Source: Octopus sinensis
Lineage: Eukaryota
Length of the DNA stretch: 64,000 bases
Assembly (NCBI RefSeq): GCF_006345805.1
Contig: NC_043005.1
Coordinates: forward strand, 88,598,001 to 88,662,000
Reading direction: 5' to 3'
The position numbers and the translations under genes were made by a program. Within the stretch, counting starts at the first letter, position 1; every line of letters begins with the position of its first letter. Of the stretch, positions 36,496 to 50,098 are shown in pieces. A model generated the notes under the pieces. That model had not been told where the DNA came from and searched no databases. It was given only the letters and a program-made list of their open reading frames with translations.

Positions 36496-39255
36496 CTGGA
36501 AAAGAGAGAAAAAAAATGGAAGAAAAAGGAAGAAAATATTAATGTCAAGGTTTTCCATTGAAATATTTTTAGTCAATGTCTTTCTTTTCTAATGGCTGCT
36601 GCTATTCTTGGTATCTGTTGTTGTCCTAACAGAATTTAGATAAAAATAGGAAAAAAATTGCACAGCAAAATAGAAGACTTTAAGTTTATAGATTTTCTAC
36701 AGAATTCAGAGCCAGCACAGCAAATTATTGTTAGCATTGCTGACACAAAAGTAAAAAACAATACTGGCATACCTCGGCTTAAGTCGTTTCGATTTCAGTT
36801 CTAGGTTATACATCGGTTTACAAAAATAATATATAGAAAAAAATTAATCAAGTTCAGTCATTTTACTTGACATTATGTCTGTCCACCACAAATATATATT
36901 TCTTTATGGCCCACAAGGAACTAAACATAGAGGGGACAAATGGATTAAGTCGATTACACCTACTTCCAGTGCATAACTGGTACTTATTTAATCAACCCCG
37001 AAAGGATGAAAGGCAAAGTTGACCTCGGCGGAATTTGAACTCAGAACGTAATGGCAGACGAAATACTGCTAAGCATTTAGCCCTGTGTGCTAACGTTTCT
37101 GCCAGCTTGCCACCTTATCATCTTTGTGTCTTTCTGTGTGTTTGTTGACCACCACCACTTGACAAGTGGTGGTGGTATTTTATGTCTCTGTAACTTAGCA
37201 GTTTGACAAAAGAAACCAATAGAATAAGTGCCAGGCTTAAAAAAAAACAGAAGTAGCGGGGTCAATTCCTTCAACTGGACTCATTCAAGGCAGTGCCCCA
37301 GCATGGCCACAGTCGAAAGGCAGAAATGAGTAAAAGATAAAAGAAGAGATAAAACCTGTAAGTTGGATATTTGGGAAAATCTTTTTATTCCTGGGATTAA
37401 TTGGTTGAATTTGCAGGAGAAAAGCAAAACAGCTGAGACTGTGGCAGAGAATATTTCCTATATATATATATATATAAAAGAAAAGGAAACCTGCACCAGA
37501 TGAGATGAAGGTATCGGTAAATCAGAAAGAAACAATAATTTCCATGGAAATCTCACACCAAACAATGAATATGGTGATAAAATATCACAAAAGGAAGGGA
37601 AAGCAGTTTAACAATAGAAGAATCCATTTTAAGAGAAAAGGTTTTCAATGAAGTTGATTCTAAACAAAAACAATAAGTTTGAGAAAAAAATAGCATCAGT
37701 TGTGAGGAAACGTAAACTTTAATCATCTTCAAAGCAGAAAATTTCTCATCGTCATCGTTATGAACATCACAAATCTTATCGTTACTAGTGCTGGTTTTGC
37801 TGTTTTTAAACAATGCATTTACCATCAAGGGAATTTGGAATTTCACACTTCTTAAAAGCTTCTCACCAATTTCAGTTCTTACACCATTTTTTTTTTCCCC
37901 ACCGAAATTTCTTCACCTCTTTCACACTTCAAACACCTGTGGAACAATTGAATGGTGCGTTCTTCATCTCACTTACACTCACATTGAGAATGGTTGAAGG
38001 CTTCACTCTGTACGTCACTCACAATCCTGGACTGCTAATAAAGAACCAGTTATGCGTTGGAAACGGGGTGGGTGGGGAGATGGTTGATGCCCCTGACAAT
38101 ACCCCACATTCCACCCTTAATAAAAATCTAATGTTTTGTCAATGTGTGAAATTGGTATTTCCTTTCATTTCTAAGAATTATGAGTTCAACAGATACAGAA
38201 GTGGCAAGGATGCAGGCTGTGGAGGTTAACAAGTTTGTTTCCCAACTACATGGTCCAGGGTTCAATCCCACTCTGAAGCATCTTGGGCAAGTGTCTTCTA
38301 CTATAACCCCAGGCAGACCAATGCCTTGCGAATGAATTTTGATCGATAGAAACTGAAAGAAGCCTGCTGTATGTGTGCGTGTCTGTCTGAGTCTACCCTT
38401 GTCTTGACATCATGTGATGGGTCACATTTGAGCAACAGTGTCATACAAGCAGTCTTGTTCTTTTCCAGTCTTTCATGGAAAATATGTCTGGCCTTGCTTG
38501 GAAATATGTGAGGGCTGGCAACAACGTGAAGGGCATCTGGTCCACAAAAATTCTTCCTCAACAAATTCTATCTGACTCGTGGAAGCATAGAGAAGTGGAC
38601 ATTGTGATGATGATGATGATGATTCCACATTCTGCTGAACTCAGACTTTTATTTGTATTGACATTGCTAAGGTGAGTTCCAGTAATTCAGTTATATTTGA
38701 CTCAATTCCTACCAGCTGTCTGTAATCTCTAACACACACACACACAAACATATATAGATAGATGTGTGTGTGTGTTGCTTGACTGGCACCCATGGTGTTG
38801 GCATGTAAAAAGCACCCACTACACTTTCGGAGTGGTTGGCATTAGGAAGGGCACCCAGCTGTAGAAACCTTGTCAAATCAGATCGGAGCTTGGTGCAGCC
38901 TCCAGGCCTGCCAGTTCTCAGTCAAACTTTCCAACCCATGCCAGCAAGGAAAGCAGATGTTAAACGATGATGATGATATGAGTGAGTGAACAAAAGCAAG
39001 AAAAGGGCACTCAACACATTTAGTAGGGGATACATATATTATTTAAAATAGTTTGATTTGGTTCCATGCTACTTCAAGTTCCACAGGCCTGTGGCTGTAT
39101 GGTAAGTAGCTTGCTTACCAATCACATGGTTCCGGGTTCAGTCCCACTGTGTGGCACCATGGGCAAGTGTCTTCTACTATAGCCTCGGGCCAACCAAAGC
39201 CTTGTGAGTAGATTTGGTAGATGGAAACTGAAAGAAGCCCGTCGTATATATATAT

Positions 39256-39286
<31 letters not shown>

Positions 39287-40001
39287 CATCATCATCATCA
39301 TCATCATCGTTTAGCATCCGTTTTCCATGCTAGCATGGGTTGGACGGTTCTACTGGGGTCTGTGAAGCCAGAAGGCTTCATCAGGCCCAGTCAAATCTGG
39401 CAGTGTTTCTACGGCTGGATGCCCTTCCTAACGCCAACCACTCCGTGAGTGTATATATATATATATATGTATATATATATGTATGTGTGTGTATGTGTGT
39501 GTGTGTGTGTTTGTGTGTCTATGTTTGTCCCCCCAATAACACTTGACAACCGATGCTGGTGTGTTTATGTCCCCTGTAGCTTAGTGGTTCAGCAAAAGAG
39601 ACTGATAGAATAAGTACTAGGCTTACAAAGGATAAGTCTTGGGGTCAATTTGCTTGACTAAAGGCGGTGCTCCAGCATGGCCACAGTCAAATGACTGAAA
39701 CAAGGAAAAGAGAGTATATGAATCATCCTCAACTTCATTTCAGGTCTGTTTTTCTTGTTGGCATGAGTTGGATGATTTGACAGAGGTTGGCAATTCCGGA
39801 GAGCTGCATTAGGTTCCAGTGTCTGTTTTGGCAAAGTTTCTACAGCTGGAAGCTCATCCTAATGCCAACCACTTTACAAAGTGTACTGGGTGCTTTTCAC
39901 ATGGCACCGGCACAATATATGTATATATAAACTGCCCTCTTTCAAAGGACAGTTTATATATATATATATACATAAAAAAAAATAACTGTCAAAAGAATCA
40001 A

Positions 40002-40032
<31 letters not shown>

Positions 40033-43000
40033 TCTTTATTGCCCACAAAGGGTCAAACAAGAACAGACAAAGGGATTAAGTTGATTATATCGACCCCAGT
40101 GCATAACTGGTACTTAATTTATCGACCCCGAAAGGATAAAAGGCAAAGTCGACCATGGCGGAATTTGAACTCAGAACGTAAAGACAGGCGAAATACCTAT
40201 TTCTTTACTACCCACAAGGGGCTAAACACAGAGAGAACAAACAAGGACAGACAAATGGATTAAGTCAATTATATCGACCCCAGTGCGTAACTGGTACTTA
40301 TTTAATTGACCCTGAAAGGATGAAAGGCAAAGTCGACCTCGGCGGAATTTGAACTCAGAACGTAGCGGCAGATGAAATACCACTAAGCATTTCACCTGGC
40401 ATGCTAATGTTAATATTATTATTATTATTATTTAATTAAGGATCCAGACAAGTTATGACCTTCAGAAATTATTCAACCATTGATGCTGACAGTTCAATAA
40501 TTATAAATATCAATTTAGAAGCTATTAAAGCACAGAAAAAAGTGATTCTATTCTATGATTAAATTGTGAATTTCATTGATGGTGATTATTTGCTACAGTG
40601 ATAAATATCTAATTGATCTGCTCATCACTGTGATAAATATCTTATTGATCTGCTCATTACTGTGAACACGTTATCATTGCCATATCAAGGATTTCTGAAA
40701 CAACATGTCTGGAACATTAATTATGAGCTTTCAATGCATTTTATACTGCTCAGCCATGGAGAATAGACAAATAAAATGTTAACACTTGCTGCAAATGTCA
40801 CACCTTGTCAGCTACCCTGTAATCTGCCCTGGAAATCACACAGCATAGCAAAAGAAAAAAAAAACTCTAGGTGTAGGAGTGGCTGTGTGGTAAGAAGCCT
40901 GCTTCCCAACTCCATGGTTTCAGGTTCAGTCCCATTGCACGGCGCCTTGGGCAAATGTCTGTTACTATAGCTTTGGGCTGGCCAAAGCCTTGTGAGTGGT
41001 TTTAGTTGAAAGAAATTGAATTAAGGCAGTGAGCTGGCAGAAACATTAGCACGCCAGGTGAAATGCTTAGCAGTTTTTTGTCTGATGCTACATTTTGAGT
41101 TCAAATTCCACCAAGGTCAACTTTGCCTTTCATCTTTTCGGGGTGGATAAATTAAGTACCAGTTACACACGGGAGTCGGTGTAATCGACTTAATCCCTTT
41201 GTCTGTCCTTGTTTGTCCCCTCTATGTTTAGCCCCTTGTGAGCAATAAAGAAATAAGAAATTGAAAGAAGCCTTTGGGTGTGTGTGCCTTTGTCTCCCCA
41301 CCACTGCTTGACAACTGGTGTTGGTGTGTCTGCGTCCCTGTAGTTTAGCAGTTCAGCAAAAGGGGCCAATGGAATAAGTACCAAGTTTAAAAAAAAATGT
41401 ACCAGGGTTGATTCATTCAACTAAAAATTCCTCAAGGCAGTGCCCCAGCTTGGCTGCAGTCTGATGACTGAAACAAAGAAAAGATAACTAAACATTCCTG
41501 CAACCCAAAGACGGATTTTGCCCTTTACAATCAGGAAATACTTCAGCCCCCAAAATAGCTGCTCAAATTTTTGTTTTAGCAGAAGACCAGCAAATTTGAT
41601 GGAGGGGAGGGGGGGGCAAGTTGAATGAATCGATCCCCAGTATGCAACTGGTAGTCATTTTATTGACCTTGAAAGGATGAAAAGCAAAATTGATCTTGGT
41701 AGAATTTGAACTCAGAGTATTTGCCCCCCACCATCACTTGACAAATGATGTTGGTTTATGTCCCCATAACTTGGTGGTTCGGCAAAAGAGACTGATAGAA
41801 TGAGAACTAGGCTTACAAAGAAAAAGTTCTGAGGTCCATTCCTTCGATTAACACCCTTTAGGGTGGTGCTCCGTCATGGCCACAATCAAATGACAAACAA
41901 TTAAGAAGAAAAATATATATACACACATAAGGGAAGGGCATCCAGCTGTAGAGACGATGCTGAAACAGACAGTTGGAGCCTAGTGCAGTCCTCTGGCTTG
42001 CCAGCTCTTGTCAAACCATCCGATCCATGTCAGCATGGCAAACAGGGGTTAAATAATGATGATAATGATACACATGAATGTATGTATATTTGTGTCTCCT
42101 TGTCTTGACATCATGTGATTGGTCATTCATCACCAATCTTCTAGAAAAACATCTGGAAATGATGAACTGTTCCCTTGTTTGGAAACAGGTAAAGGTTGGC
42201 AACAAGAAAAGGGCACCCAACCATTGAAAAAATTGTCTCAGTGAACACCATTCAGCCCATGGAAAAGTCGACATTAAAACAACGATGGTGAGGTCTAGGC
42301 CAGTGTGTTTCAAATGAATAGATACATTGAGTTGTATGTTAGAAGTTTAAATAAATTTTCTATAAAAGTAAGCCTTGTAGTTAAAACCATGAGGCTTATC
42401 TAGAATGAGGAGCGAATGGATTTATTTGAAAAACTGTCAGGAGAAAATGAGATTTTAATGCCAGAAACATTGAAAATAAACAACTGTCTTTTGATTAACC
42501 CATTCATGCCGAAATTTTTCTCACAAATGAAATTGCCTGAAAATCCACAGATACTATTATTTTGACCAAAAAAATTTCATTGAAATCCATTTAATGCAGA
42601 CTGCATACACGATAAGAACATGTTTCATCCTTTGACACAGATCATACACAAACCAATATTTGTGTCAAGTATTTGTTTTATACCTTTATAAATTAAGGGT
42701 TAGTTTAAATGATCAGCATGAATAGGTTAAGATCATGTGGGTGTTCAATCATCAATATCACAAATATTGATTTGAAATTTTGGCACAAGGCCAGCAATTT
42801 CAGGGGTCACAGCTCTCATTTGTTGTTGAAGTGTAGACTTCATGTTCAGACTTTCAGTGGGGAATACAAGCTCACACGTGGTCCCTAGTCACATGCATTT
42901 TCCCCCAAAGGACTGCTTTGATTCCTATTTTACTCAGGTGGACCCTCATAACCTGTTGATGTTTAAAAAATCCAATTACATTTTTATAATTAAATACTTA

Positions 43001-43486
43001 CATTATTTACATTTGATGGATATTTGTCCTCATCTTGTTTGTTGTTAACATTTTGGCTGATATACCCTCCAGCCTTCATCAAGTGTCTTGGGGAAATTTC
43101 GAACCTGGGTTCTCATTCCTAAGGTCTTCTTCGATGTTATTATTATTATTATTATTATTTTTCTTTCTTTCTTCAAATTTTCTTCCGTTTCTCGCCAAGT
43201 GTTTTCTGTACACCTAGGGCAGAGAAGCTCATTCTATGCATTCCCAGATTACACACGCAAATTCACAGGTAAAATTATTATCATTATTATAATTATTCAG
43301 GTCACTGTCTGGAATTGAACTCGGAAAAAATACCTTAGGAATGAGAATGCAGGTTCAAAATTTCCCTAAGACACCTGATGAAGGCTGGAGGGTATATCAG
43401 CTGAAACGTTGTGTTAACAACAAACAAGATGAGGACAAATATCTGTCAAATGTAAATAATTCCTCATCTCTTGAATATAGAACTGT
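43001..43486. mobile_element. Inverted pair of family H SINE pieces (minus copy 43001-43325 with an insertion; plus copy 43330-43486)
   Basis: Homology to 21019-21441; orientation switches at about 43325. Confidence 0.75.
43370..43415 (+). ncRNA. Minimal (Penelope-type) type I hammerhead with intact core
   Basis: GACAC-CTGATGA-A-GGCTG-gagggtatat-CAGCT-GAA-ACGT-T-GTGTT: 5-bp stem I, 5-bp stem II (one G.U), palindromic ACGU stem III, predicted cut after 43410. Confidence 0.7.
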
Positions 43487-44378
43487 AATTAAATATTATT
43501 AAGAATTGTATAAAGAAAAGTTCTTTAAATATTTTGTGAACTGTAGAAATAAAACCAATTTATTGAACATAAACTTGAAGAACAAAATCTTATATGGACC
43601 CTGGTTGAGGGCCACTGACCTACACAGTGAAATATCTGACTGTGTTTTTACTCCCTCTAAATTGCTCCAAGTAAATTTTAATTGCTGTTACATCAAAAGA
43701 TTTACGCCGCCGCTGCCACCACCACCACCACCATTACCATTACCACTGTTTTCATGTCTACTTTTCAATGTTTGCTTGGTTTGGAGTTTAAAGAAGCAGA
43801 TTATTTTTCAGTTGGATGCTCTTCCTGTTGCTAATCCTTACCTGTCTCCAAATAATATTTCCCCAAGGGCCAGACATGCTTTCACAGAAGATTGGGAATG
43901 AATGACAACTGCTCATATGACAGCGACAATCATTTACAAATATTATACAATGTCAAAAGAAAGAAAGAAACACACACACACACACAGAGGTTTCTTACAG
44001 TTTCCATCTACCAAATCCACTCACAAAGATTTGATTGGCTTGCCCGTGGTGGAACTGAACCCAAGACTGCATGATCTTTGTATTGACTGAAAAGATATAT
44101 TTCTTTACTACCCACCACAAGGGGCTAAACACAGAGAGGACAAACAAGGACAGACAAAGGGATTAAGTCGATTACATTGACCCCAGTGTGAAACTGGTAC
44201 TTAATTTATCGACCATGAAAGGGTGAAAGGCAAAGTTGACCTCGGTGGAATTTGAACCCAGAACGTAACGGCAGACGAAATACAGCTACGCATTTCGCCC
44301 GGCGTGCTAACGTTTCTGCCAGCTCGCCGCCTTTAAAACTGTGGAGGTTTAAAAATGTTGGAAGTATGAAGAACTCAC

Positions 44379-44607
44379 CTGGATTATTATGGTAAGATGA
44401 ACAATCCATTTCATCGCTTCCTTTGACAACCAAACATAGGTTCCAGACGCCAATGTAAGCTCCTCCGTCCAAAACAACCCAGGATGATGTACTTATTGAG
44501 ATCAAGAATATTATGAGACCTCCGGTGAAAGAAACGGTAGCTAAAGTGTCGGCCAAGAAAAGGTCAACCTTGCTGCTGTGTGACATTCTGAATCTCCGTG
44601 AACTCAT
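44379..44607 (-). CDS. PMP22/EMP/claudin-family protein, first coding exon (TM1, ECL1)
   Basis: MSSRRFRMSH...LIIFLISISTSSWVVLDGGAYIGVWNLCLVVKGSDEMDC shows the W...G(L/V)W..C...C signature; donor G|GTGAGT at 44378; acceptor CCCCACAG ending at 44620 implies an upstream 5' UTR exon (not located). Confidence 0.9.
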
Positions 44608-45614
44608 CTTAAAAGCAGACTGTGGGGAAGGGGGTATGGGGGGGGGTCCTTTCTTTGAGTATTAAATGTGGTTTATTGTGCTTGTTGGTTTTTGTTTTTG
44701 CTCAATAAAAGAGTAACCTGCAAAATAGAAGATGAAATCTGAAATTAATAGTTTTAGAAGCAACTGGGAAATAAAACCTAACAAAAACCAAATTCATATA
44801 CATTACACACATATATACATATATGATAATGAACTCATTGTGTATTTATTTACATATATATATATATACATATATATTTATTTACACATATATATATATA
44901 TGTGTGTATATATATATATTTATTTACACATACATACATATATCTTTCTTTACTACCTACAAGGGGCTAAACACAGAGGAGACAAACAAGGACAGACAAA
45001 CAGATTAAGTCGTTTACATCGACCCCAGTGTGTAACTGGTACTTAATTTAATGACCCCGAAAGGATGAAAGGCAAAGTCGACCTCGGCAGAATTTGAACT
45101 CAGAACGTAACGGCAGATGAAATACAGCTACGCATTTCGCCCGGCGTGCTAACGTGTCTGCCAGCTCGCCACCTTATTATATACATACATATATATAAGC
45201 ACACACACACAAACACTTTTGGAACGAGTGAAACTGATGCCACTGATGTCTAAAATCTGGACAAAGAGGTAACCAGGTGTAGTGATGGAGAATTAATCCA
45301 TTAAAGTTAAGATCAAAGGACATCTTTGCGTTTTGGGATTTTTTCAATCATTTTTTTTTGTTAGATTTATGTCTAAAAATCTTGCAGATTTACGATTTTT
45401 CAAAAAATTCTTCTGAATTCAAAATGCTTTTCAATGTTGCCTTTGTTTTAAATTTTTGAGTTGTAAAGAATAAAATATTTTGAATGGCACAACACTGCAC
45501 TATAATATAAACAATGGACTATAAGAACTGTTGTAATTTAATCATCCACATTCTGATATGATATTTCGGAATAAAAATTCCTTCTTCGGATATCTCTTTG
45601 AGTTGTATGTTTTA

Positions 45615-46770
45615 CTAGCAGCATAGCCCGGCGTTGCCAGGTATGTAAGAGCCCCTAGTAGGCAACGACTAATCCCAATCTAGTCCTTTCCCTCTAGGGA
45701 ACGAAGGCGCATGTGTAGGTTGCAATGTCTTCTCTTCACTCCCAAATAACTATCAAACAGCTATCGATAATTCAACCCAACCAATTCCTACCAGGAAGAA
45801 ATTACATTCGAGACTTTACCCCCAACACCACCACTTCTGCTAATAGCTGCTGCAGCCGCAAGTTATTCGAATACTTTTTTTGTTTAAACTTTCTTTATAA
45901 CTACCACCCCAAACGTTTTACCTTAAATTTTTGACGTACCCTAAGGGTCCTCGGACGCTACTTGCAAACTCTTGGTTTATTATAAATCGCTTTTGTCGTG
46001 TGCACCAAAAAAACCTTTTCCATTCGTTTGTTCAGTTTGGTCACTTTTGACTTTTTTTGTTGTCACTCACATTGCTGCCCGCTTTTTTGCCATTTTTGTA
46101 CATTTTTATACATTTTGGGATACTTACCCCACGTATTCTGAGAGTTAAAAAGGTCGAGTTGCATCCCCTAGACAGTCTGTGGTTTGTGTTTAATACACAA
46201 ATCGGTTTGCTATGTGTGCCACATATGATTTAATTAACCGATTTTTTCCAGTAATAAAGTATCCTATTGGAATAAAAAGGGCCATATAGCTCCTTGGAGC
46301 AGACATGATGCTCGCTGTGAATTTAAAAAAAAAATTCCTGCCAATTTGTGAAAGATATTGTCGAAAATATGTCATCTTGAATTTGAACGCGATTTCCCAA
46401 AATGGCATGATTTTATCGATTTTTTTCTGATGGTAAGGTATTGCATGGAAAACTAACGTCAGAATTAAGTTTTTTAGGGTAACATTAAGCTTCACAATGA
46501 GTTTGGTAAAAATCGATTGCAAGTTGTGAAAACTACAACAGAAAATGTTTTGCATATAAAAAGCTTAGATTCTCGACCCCATGTCGAATTTATCGATTTT
46601 TTTCAGAACTGGGGGAACTTTTCAAAATTTTCGCTGCGTTAGTTTTGAATTATGACATTGGGCTATGTGTGTGTCAAGTTTCATCAGAATAGGTTGAAAG
46701 CCGTGGTCAGGGTGAGGGTACAATCTGACAGACACACAGACAGACAAACTGCCATTTATATAGAGAGAGA
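45615..46770 (-). mobile_element. Non-autonomous Helitron, 1156 bp
   Basis: A|TC start at 46770; CTAG|T end at 45615; subterminal hairpin CCTGGC-AAC-GCCGGG 8 nt before CTAG; no TSD. Confidence 0.8.
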
Positions 46771-47356
46771 TGTGCCACCGGCACGATGGCCAGTCAGGTG
46801 GTTCTGGCAATGACCACGCTCACGCTCAGAAGGTGTTTTTACATGCCACCTGCACAGGAGTCAGTCCAGTGGCACTGGCAATGACCATGCTCGAATGTTG
46901 TTTTCCACATGCCACCAGCACATGCTGGCAACGATCATGCTCGAATGGTACTTTACACACGTTACCGGCATGGGAGCCAATCTGTGGCCCTGGCAACAAT
47001 AACGCTTGGATGTGCTTTTAACGTTCCACTGGCACGAGAGCCAATCAAGCGGTACTGTCATCAGCCACATCAGCGATTTTGGTTTGTTTCATCATCATCA
47101 TCATCATCGTTTAACGTTCGTTTTCCATGCTAGCATGCTAGCACGGTTTGACTGGGGTCTGGGAAGCCAGGAGGCTGCATGAGGCTCCAGTCTGATCTGA
47201 CAGTGTTTCTACAGCTGGATGCCCTTCCTAACGCTAACCACTCCAAGTGTGTAGTAGGTGCTTTTACGTGCTACCAGCATGAGGGCCAGTCAGACGGTAC
47301 TGGCAACAGTCATACTCAAATGGTGCTTTTTATGTGCCACCTGCACAGGAGCCAGT

Positions 47357-47404
<48 letters not shown>

Positions 47405-47530
47405 TCATCATCGTTTAACATCCGTTTTCCGCACTAGTACGGGTTGGACGGTTCGACTGGGGTCTGGGAAGCCAGGGGCTGCACCAGGCTCCAGTCTGAT
47501 CTGGCAGTGTTTCTACAACTGGATGCCCTT
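46771..47530 (-). mobile_element. Cluster of family C repeats with internal ~45-bp tandem subunits
   Basis: Repeated GCCACC.GCAC...CTGGCAA.GA.CA.GCTC units and (GAT)n tails. Confidence 0.65.
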
Positions 47531-47552
47531 CCTAATGCCAACCACTCCGCGA

Positions 47553-47588
<36 letters not shown>

Positions 47589-47699
47589 GGTGGGTAAAAT
47601 TCCTGAGATCCATGGACATGTCCTCTCCGGTGGTCTCTGTCCCTCATCACTGCCGCCATGTTTTGTGTCTGTCCTTACAGCATCAACATATGTCATCCT

Positions 47700-48060
47700 C
47701 AGTCTCCCTCTTCTAGTGGTGTCTGTGTAAAGACTCCAACAGAAGCCCTGAGCGCAGTGTCAACTCTGAATGATGGTCAGCATGTCCAGCTAAGCTCAGT
47801 CTCCTCTGTGTTGTTTCTGAGCTAAATTTTGGGAGGCTCTTGTACAGCTCTGAGTTCTTCCTTCTCAGTTTATACTGATTAATGTTCAGAGCCATCTTCA
47901 GCATTCTTGTGTAGCATCCATCCAGCATCTGAGTGAGCTTCATGATCAGTGTCCATGTTGCAGACCCATACAACAACACTGACTCCACTGCAGCAATTAA
48001 GAGACGAGTCTTCAGGTCTTTATGAAGGTCCAACTTCAATACAAACCTCAAACTATGGTA
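47700..48060 (-). mobile_element. RTE-clade LINE ORF C-terminal fragment
   Basis: VESVLLYGSATWTL...LDGCYTRMLKMALNI......NSELY......S....RRLSLAGH, the post-RT motif of RTE elements. Confidence 0.8.
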
Positions 48061-48669
48061 TGCCGCCTACGTTTTGCTCTTCTTCTCAACTATATCACTA
48101 TTATGCATATATATAGTAATTTTTCATCAACATTGTTTTGAAGTCAATGTTTAGGTAAGAAGACACAAACACACACATAGTATAGTAACAAAAGTCTTAG
48201 GCAGACATATGTTCAAAGGCACTCCAGCCATGACTACTAAGTCAGTTTTTTTGTTTAATCACAGTAAATACCAGACTACATCATCCAATGATGGTAAGTT
48301 GTGAGTTACCCCCTTTTGATACCAATCTGCCTAAGACTGCCCCTGGTTCTACAAAACAAAATTCCTGTTTTAGTGTAATCTAAATTAAAACTGTTCATCA
48401 AAATTTTAAGTTAATTTATGTTCCAAACACCAGATTAATAATGAGGAAGTTATTTAAGGCAGCAAGCTGGCAGAACAGTTAGCATGCTGGGAAAAATGCT
48501 TGGCAGCATTTTGTCCATTCTGAGTTCAAATTCTGATGAAGTCAGCTATGCCTTTCATCCTTTTGGGGTTGATACAATAAGTACCATTGGAACACAGCAA
48601 TCGATGCAGGACTTGAGCTAAAATTTGAAATCAATAACGACAAAGTTATTTTACTAAATTCTTCATTGC

Positions 48670-48880
48670 ACTGCGTCCTTCAAAACTTCCATGCTTCCTG
48701 GGATTCGCCAACACTACACCTGATTTTCTCCCCTCCATACACACACACAAGCATGTATCTGACTCACACACTGTTCACTTTCCAGACATTTGTACATTAC
48801 TGCATATGCTTTATATGCACTTTTGACAAGTTGTGGTGCACCTGAGCACTGTATGCAATAATTTCATTATATTATTATTA
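48670..48880 (+). mobile_element. CR1-type LINE 3' fragment
   Basis: Same family as 16741-17275. Confidence 0.8.
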
Positions 48881-49785
48881 TTAATTTCAAAATTGATTGA
48901 AACAAAGGTATGCTTTTCATGCCTCTCACCTGCATCTTGAAATCTGTTTGAGCATATGCAAGTATGCAGCTTATATATATGTGTGTGTGTGCATATGTTT
49001 GAATGTGTGTGTATGTGTAGCTGAATTATAGAAAGGAAAAAAGATGGAAGATAGGAACGCTTCATTGTTCCTGAGGAGAAACGACACATAGATGTTCATG
49101 TGTGTATCTGATAATTAAAGTGAAATTTAGACATAAACGTGTGCGCATTTGCGTATGTTTGTGTGAGCTGAATTTATTTAGATTTACGACTATGCTAAAA
49201 AACGGTTATAAATATAAATAAAAGACTGAACTTCCATGGAATATCTTCTTACCAATGCTAATCCATTTTTTCACATAATGTTCGACTTTTTAAAATTGTG
49301 AGAAAATGATTGATTTGAAGGAAGAATAAAAATGGTTTAGGTTTATAGCAGATTTTTTTAGTTTTTGTTTTTATGATATTAATGAAGAGGTATGAATTCA
49401 AACGGAATAATAAAAACCAATCAATTTAAATAATCAATTGTATCAATACAGTGCCATGATTTTTTTAAATCTTGAGGAATGTTATCGGTGACGAGAATCA
49501 TATTGATTTCAGATTTTGGTACAATGCCAGCAATTTTGGGGGAAGGGGGTTAAATCAATTGCATTGGCCTCAGTGTGTAACTGGTACTTATTTTATTGAC
49601 CCTGGAAGGATGAAAGGCAAAGTAAACTAGGCAGAATTTGAACTCAGAATGTAAAGATGGATGAACTGGTGTCAAGCATTTTGCCCAGCATGCTAACGAT
49701 TCTACCAGCTCACAGTCATAAATAATAACAATTAATAATAGAAATAATAATAATAATAATAATAATAGAGTACTCAGAGAGCGCA

Positions 49786-50098
49786 AACCTCCGCCAAGGC
49801 AACACCAACGTCCTCTTAACGATTAGCCGGAGATGATTTATTAAAATGAGGATATCTGAAAATGAACCTGACCACTCTCAAAAATTAAGTAAAACATCTG
49901 GAAAGATAATCCAGAATCCTTGTCTGGTACTAGATTGATCCCAAAATCTAATCAGTTTGTGCCAGTCACGAGGCCAAACATCTCTGAAAGCTTCATCTGA
50001 ATCCATTCGGTGGTTCTTGAGATATCTTGTCCACAGACAAACAAACAAACAAACACGACTGAAAACGATACCTCTGCCTTTGTTAAGGTGGAGGTAAT
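49786..50098. mobile_element. Possible Helentron/Helitron2-type non-autonomous element
   Basis: ACCTCCGCCAAGG near one end; (CAAA)n and terminal hairpin ACCTCTGCC...GGTGGAGGT at the other. Confidence 0.4.
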
